A DNA stretch of 64,000 bases from Flavobacteriales bacterium. GTDB lineage: Bacteria > Bacteroidota > Bacteroidia > Flavobacteriales > UBA7312. Position 1 is the stretch's first letter. The number at the start of each line of letters is the position of its first letter. The notes under the pieces were generated by a model. That model did not search any database. It saw nothing but the letters and a program-made list of their open reading frames with translations, and was not told the DNA's origin. A program made the position numbers and the translations under genes. Below, one piece after another: positions 59,522 through 64,000 of this stretch. Location: NCBI GenBank assembly GCA_965661505.1, contig CBFIDX010000002.1, positions 7,929-71,928 on the forward strand, written 5' to 3'.

Positions 59522-60643
59522 TTGCTAAAAGTTTGTCATCTCACATCTGTTCATCCCAGAAATGATGTTCGCGTTTTTCATAAAGAGTGTATAAGCCTTG
59601 CCAGTGCAGGCTATGATACAACACTAGTCGTCGCAGATGGTTTAGGTGATCAATTTATCAATGGGATCTCTATCAAAGATGTAGGTATTCCTTCAAACAG
59701 AATTTCTAGAATTTTCTTTACAACTTGGAAGGTTTTAAAGGTTGGAAGGAAAAGAAACGCCGACGTTTATCATTTTCACGATCCAGAGCTATTTATAGTT
59801 GGTGCTTTATTGAGTTTTTCTGGAAGAAAAGTTGTTTTTGATGTTCATGAAAACATAGTTGAACAAATTAAAGATAAATCATGGCTGCCCAAAGTACTAC
59901 GTTTCTTTGCCGCTTTTTTGTTTCAAATATTTAATATTCTAGCAACTAGATTTTTTGCAATTGTGATTGCAGAGCATTCTTATGCTAATATTTACAGTCG
60001 ATGGTACTCAAAGTATCCAGTGACAACAGTACTTAATTATCCAAAGTTGGATAGTTTAAATACGTTTAAATCTTTTGATCGAAGCGGTAATGAGTTTTTT
60101 TATATTGGTGGTGTGTCCAATCAAAGAGGTTTAGATATTATTCTTGAAGCATGTTCTTTGCTTGATCAACAAGACATCTCCTTTAAAGTGCATTTTGTAG
60201 GGGGAGTTTCTGATGAGGAAGAGATAAAGAAATATCCTAATTTAAAAAATAAAGTTATTTTTTATGGGCGAATGGATTTATTGGAAGGATATACCATATC
60301 CAAGCAGTGTATAGCTGGCTTGGCCATACTTAAACCAATTGGAAACTATATGACTTCGTACCCAACAAAGGTATTTGAATATATGTCAATAGGATTGCCT
60401 ATAATTACCTCTAATTTTGAACTTTACAAAGAAGTTGTACTTGGGAATAGAGTAGGCATTTGTGTTAGCCCAACGTCCTCTATTGAATTGTCAGAAGTAA
60501 TGACTTCTTTTATTAATCAGGAATATGATATTTTAGGTTTTGGTAAACAAGGCGTGAAATCAGTTGAAGAAAAATATTCTTGGTTGTTAGAAGAAAAAAA
60601 GTTGCTAAACTTGTATGATAAATTGTTAGGATATGAACATTAG
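59522..60643 (+). CDS. Glycosyltransferase family 4-like (GT-B)
   Basis: 'KVCHLTSVHPRNDVRVFHKE' N-terminus typical of a GT4 subgroup. 'PTKVFEYMSIGLPIITS'. TTG start. Confidence 0.7.
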   Translation: MLKVCHLTSVHPRNDVRVFHKECISLASAGYDTTLVVADGLGDQFINGISIKDVGIPSNRISRIFFTTWKVLKVGRKRNADVYHFHDPELFIVGALLSFSGRKVVFDVHENIVEQIKDKSWLPKVLRFFAAFLFQIFNILATRFFAIVIAEHSYANIYSRWYSKYPVTTVLNYPKLDSLNTFKSFDRSGNEFFYIGGVSNQRGLDIILEACSLLDQQDISFKVHFVGGVSDEEEIKKYPNLKNKVIFYGRMDLLEGYTISKQCIAGLAILKPIGNYMTSYPTKVFEYMSIGLPIITSNFELYKEVVLGNRVGICVSPTSSIELSEVMTSFINQEYDILGFGKQGVKSVEEKYSWLLEEKKLLNLYDKLLGYEH

Positions 60644-61952
60644 TGTAATAGGTTCCGGATATGTTGGTTTGGTTGCAGCAGCATGTTTCGCAGAAATGGG
60701 AAACAAGGTTGTTACGGTAGATATTGATGAGCAAAAGATACAGAACCTTAGTAAAGGCATAGTTCCAATTTATGAGCCTGGATTAGAATCATTAGTCTTG
60801 GAAAATCATAAGAAAAGAAATCTTCTTTTTACAACTGAGTTGCAAAAGGCGTTAAGTCAGTCTGAAATAGTTTTTATAGCAGTGGGAACCCCGATGGGAG
60901 AAGACGGAAGTGCTGATTTGAAATATGTTTTGCAAGTGGCTAAAGAAATAGGTCAGTGCATAGAAAAACCATTGATTGTAGTGAATAAATCTACAGTTCC
61001 TGTTGGCACAGCAGATAGGGTTCGAGAAACCATTCAAAACGAGTTGGATAATAGACGTGTTAGAGTTTATTTTGATGTTGTTAGTAATCCTGAATTTTTG
61101 AAAGAAGGAGCAGCGATAGAAGATTTTATGCGGCCAGATAGAGTGGTTGTTGGAGCTGGTAGTGAAGAAAGTTTACGAAAAATGAAACAACTATATGCCC
61201 CATTTACATTTAATCATGATCGATTTATTGGCATGGATGTGCGTTCAGCAGAAATGACTAAATATGCAGCAAATGCAATGCTAGCAACAAAAATTAGCTT
61301 TATTAATGAAATGGCAAACATTTGTGAAAGGGTTGGAGCAGATGTGAATCAAGTTCGTATAGGTATTGGTAGTGATAAAAGAATAGGATATCAGTTTATT
61401 TATCCTGGATGCGGCTATGGTGGGAGTTGTTTTCCGAAAGATGTCAACGCATTGATTCATATTGCAAATGAGTATGGATATCATCCAAAGTTAATTTCGT
61501 CTGTAGAAGTTGTAAATCAAGAGCAAAAGAAGGCATTAGCAAAAAAGATAGTTGCCGAATTCGGGGAAGATTTGACAGGTGTTGTGGTAGCTGTTTGGGG
61601 TTTAGCATTTAAGCCTGGAACAGATGATATGCGAGAAGCTCCTTCAATTTATTTAATTCAAGAATTAGCAGAAAGAGGCGCAAAAATAAAAGCTTATGAT
61701 CCGAAAGCAACAGATGAGGCTCGATTTTATCTAAAAAATCTTGAAGTTGATTATTATGAAGATAAATACGAGGTAGTTGTTGATGCAGATGTGTGTGTGC
61801 TTGTGACAGAGTGGAAAGAGTTTAGAAGTCCTGACTTCGAGAAGATTAAATCATTAATGAACGGTGATCTATTTGTAGATGGCCGAAATCAATATTCTCA
61901 AGATGATATGGATCGCTATGGGTTTGTATATAAGCAAATTGGTGTTCGATGA
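60633..61952 (+). CDS. ugd: UDP-glucose 6-dehydrogenase
   Basis: 'ISVIGSGYVGLVAAACFAEMG', catalytic 'GYGGSCFPKD', 'AFKPGTDDMREAP'. Confidence 0.9.
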   Translation: MNISVIGSGYVGLVAAACFAEMGNKVVTVDIDEQKIQNLSKGIVPIYEPGLESLVLENHKKRNLLFTTELQKALSQSEIVFIAVGTPMGEDGSADLKYVLQVAKEIGQCIEKPLIVVNKSTVPVGTADRVRETIQNELDNRRVRVYFDVVSNPEFLKEGAAIEDFMRPDRVVVGAGSEESLRKMKQLYAPFTFNHDRFIGMDVRSAEMTKYAANAMLATKISFINEMANICERVGADVNQVRIGIGSDKRIGYQFIYPGCGYGGSCFPKDVNALIHIANEYGYHPKLISSVEVVNQEQKKALAKKIVAEFGEDLTGVVVAVWGLAFKPGTDDMREAPSIYLIQELAERGAKIKAYDPKATDEARFYLKNLEVDYYEDKYEVVVDADVCVLVTEWKEFRSPDFEKIKSLMNGDLFVDGRNQYSQDDMDRYGFVYKQIGVR

Positions 61953-62707
61953 ATAAAAAAGTTTCTATCATCACTCCATTATTCAATGCAGAACGATACG
62001 TTTCTGAAACAATCAAGTCGGTACTCAATCAAAGCTACCAAAATTGGGAAATGATATTTGTAGATGATTGTTCGTCAGATCAATCAGTGTCAATTGTAGA
62101 AAAGTATAAAGAGAAGGATGAAAGAATTCGGTTATTGAAAAATAAAACCAATATGGGCTCTGGTCGTTCAAGAAATAGAGCAATCGATGCTGCATCTGGA
62201 GATATCATTGCTTTTTTAGATAGTGATGATATTTGGCATCCAGAAAAATTGTCAAAGCATTTAGAGTTTATGCAAAAAAACTCTTCAGTCTTTTCTCATA
62301 CATCTTATGGTTTTATCAACGAAAAAGGACAAATCATTAAATCAACTTATCGGGTAAGTAATAAGCCTGTAGATTATAAAAAATTATTAAAAAGAACCGA
62401 AATCAGTTGTTTGACTGCTATGTTTGATGTTCATCAAATAGGTAAAATGCATATGCCACCATTGCCAAAAGCACAAGATTATGCGCTTTGGTTAGACATT
62501 TTAAAACGAGGAGTTGTTTCTGATCCTTTAGATGAAGAGTTGGCTTACTATCGTCAACATAGTGCATCTGCAACAAGTAATAAATGGAAACACGTATTAG
62601 GGCACTGGAGATTTTTGAGAAATAGAGAGTGCTTATCTTTTTTAACATCAACTTACTACACGCTTTATTGGGCCTTTGGTGGGATTATAAAGTATTATAT
62701 AAAGTGA
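61949..62707 (+). CDS. Glycosyltransferase family 2
   Basis: 'VSIITPLFNAERYV', 'FVDDCSSD', 'FLDSDD'. Confidence 0.85.
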   Translation: MNKKVSIITPLFNAERYVSETIKSVLNQSYQNWEMIFVDDCSSDQSVSIVEKYKEKDERIRLLKNKTNMGSGRSRNRAIDAASGDIIAFLDSDDIWHPEKLSKHLEFMQKNSSVFSHTSYGFINEKGQIIKSTYRVSNKPVDYKKLLKRTEISCLTAMFDVHQIGKMHMPPLPKAQDYALWLDILKRGVVSDPLDEELAYYRQHSASATSNKWKHVLGHWRFLRNRECLSFLTSTYYTLYWAFGGIIKYYIK

Positions 62708-63636
62708 TAGTTTTAATTATATTTTTTGTGCTTTCAGCCATAATGTGGATTTATATGCATTTGGCAAAAAAATACAATATACTTGATATTCCGAATCATA
62801 GATCTTCTCATAACAAATCAACTATTAGAGGAGGGGGAGTTATATTTCCTGTAGCTCTATTGCTGGTATATTTTCTATTTGATTTTCAGTACACTTGGTT
62901 CGTAGCTTCCGTTTTGATTTTGAGCGTTGTTAGTTTTTTAGATGATTTATACTCGTTATCTAGTAGGATTCGTTTTTTTGTGCAGTTTTTAGCTGTTTTT
63001 TTATTGCTTTTTGAGTTGGATTTAATTCAATTATTTTGGTTTTTTCCAGTTCTGTTCTTTGTCCTAATAGGAGGGTTAAATGCTTTTAACTTTATGGATG
63101 GAATTAATGGTATTACTGCTTTGTATAGCATGATTGCACTAAGCAGCTTGTACTATATCAATCAAACCGTTCAATTTATTGACTCAGAGTTCATTCTCAT
63201 CCCTTTATTAGCAGTCATTATTTTCTCGTTTTTAAATATTCGTAAGCGAGCTCTTTGCTTCGCAGGTGATGTGGGAAGTATTTCCATAGCAGCCATTATT
63301 TTATTTTTATTGCTTAAGCTTGTGATTCATACACAAAACTACTTTTATATCATTCTTTTATTAGTCTATGCATTAGACTCAGGAGCTACAATTCTGAAAA
63401 GAAAGCTTAGAGGGGAAAATATTTTCAAACCACATCGAGAGCATTTATACCAACAGTTGGTACATATAAAAGGGTTGTCGCATTTACAAGTTTCTTTTCT
63501 TTTCGCAGCGGTACAATTACTAATTAACTTTTATATTTTCTTTGAAGGTAGCCTTTATTGGGTGTTATTTACAGTACTCATTGTAATGATTTCTTATATT
63601 TTTGCACTTAACTATATTCGAAAAATTGAAAAATAA
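62704..63636 (+). CDS. Polyprenyl-phosphate HexNAc-1-phosphate transferase (WecA/WbpL, MraY-like family)
   Basis: 'DIPNHRSSHNKSTIRGGG', 'NFMDGINGI', about 10 TM helices. Start placed at the in-frame GTG at 62704, which overlaps the GT2 stop (GTGA), rather than at 62629. Confidence 0.75.
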   Translation: MIVLIIFFVLSAIMWIYMHLAKKYNILDIPNHRSSHNKSTIRGGGVIFPVALLLVYFLFDFQYTWFVASVLILSVVSFLDDLYSLSSRIRFFVQFLAVFLLLFELDLIQLFWFFPVLFFVLIGGLNAFNFMDGINGITALYSMIALSSLYYINQTVQFIDSEFILIPLLAVIIFSFLNIRKRALCFAGDVGSISIAAIILFLLLKLVIHTQNYFYIILLLVYALDSGATILKRKLRGENIFKPHREHLYQQLVHIKGLSHLQVSFLFAAVQLLINFYIFFEGSLYWVLFTVLIVMISYIFALNYIRKIEK

Positions 63637-64000
63637 ACTTCTAAACCTTCCTAGAATATACAAGAAACTCATCATGCTACTATTGGATGAGTTTATGCTA
63701 TTGTTTGCTATTTGGTTATCCTTTGCTTTACGATTGGGAGATCCTTGGCCGATAGAATATTTCCAGCCCAATTGGTGGGTATTTATTGTTATTCCTGCAA
63801 TAGCCATTCCATTATTTATAAAGTTAGGATTGTATCGAGCAGTTTTACAGTATATGGGAATAAAGGTTTTTATCACCTCTTTTCAAGCCATTACGATTAC
63901 AAGTTTAATTGTTGGTTTTTTTATGATGATCTTTAGAGAAGCGGATCTACCACGTTCAGTGATTTTAATTTTCTGGTTTGTTTCTAATACACTTGTTATT
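63626..64000 (+). CDS. N-terminal membrane part of a CapD/WbpM-type polysaccharide biosynthesis protein (nucleotide-sugar 4,6-dehydratase family); 3' end outside window
   Basis: Not in the ORF track. I translated by hand from TTG 63626 (or ATG 63674): '(M)KNKLLNLPRIYKKLIMLLLDEFMLLFAIWLSFALRLG...LGLYRAVLQYMG', open to the window end. The pattern resembles CapD/WbpM N-termini. Confidence 0.55.
   Translation, partial: MKNKLLNLPRIYKKLIMLLLDEFMLLFAIWLSFALRLGDPWPIEYFQPNWWVFIVIPAIAIPLFIKLGLYRAVLQYMGIKVFITSFQAITITSLIVGFFMMIFREADLPRSVILIFWFVSNTLVI

Overview
The window looks like a low-GC Bacteroidota (Flavobacteriia-like) chromosome segment. This rests on gldK/L/M/N, a PorP/SprF gene, a T9SS C-terminal sorting domain and TAnnTTTG-type promoter boxes. 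Positions 1-42.5 kb are mostly conserved housekeeping genes. They include an lptC-like gene, a CorC/HlyC transporter and a ppiD-like gene; purH-mreBCD-mrdA-rodA; mfd, fbp, lysC, mgtE, rsmA and serS; rplU-rpmA; ctaA; groES-groEL; secG; an lptE-like gene; a sensor-less sigma-54 activator; miaB; and topA. Positions 42.6-48.1 kb carry the type IX secretion / gliding core operon porP-gldK-gldL-gldM-gldN. Straight after its terminator, on the same strand, a tightly packed polysaccharide locus of 16 or more genes runs from 48.25 kb off the window end. It encodes wbpA/B/D/E-like enzymes for a 2,3-diacetamido-glucuronate, a sulfotransferase and Wzx. It also encodes two tandem GT4 paralogues, two O-antigen-ligase-domain proteins and a Wzz-like protein. 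The remaining genes are a third GT4, Ugd, a GT2, a WecA/WbpL-like initiating transferase and a CapD/WbpM-like fragment. The best candidate for something new is this pairing of the T9SS core with an acidic, probably sulfated, Wbp-pathway glycan locus, which may make a cargo-anchoring glycan analogous to P. gingivalis A-LPS. A PPAD-like deiminase with a T9SS sorting domain lies in the same window. Smaller oddities: an arginase-fold protein with degenerate metal ligands next to the T9SS operon; a sigma-54-like promoter upstream of groES; ribosomal protein L21 with a Lys/Ala repeat tail; and a 460-nt non-coding gap holding a 110-nt inverted-repeat element. I found no rRNA, tRNA, CRISPR array, transposase or integrase. 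All calls come from reading the ORF translations and the sequence by eye, with no database searches.
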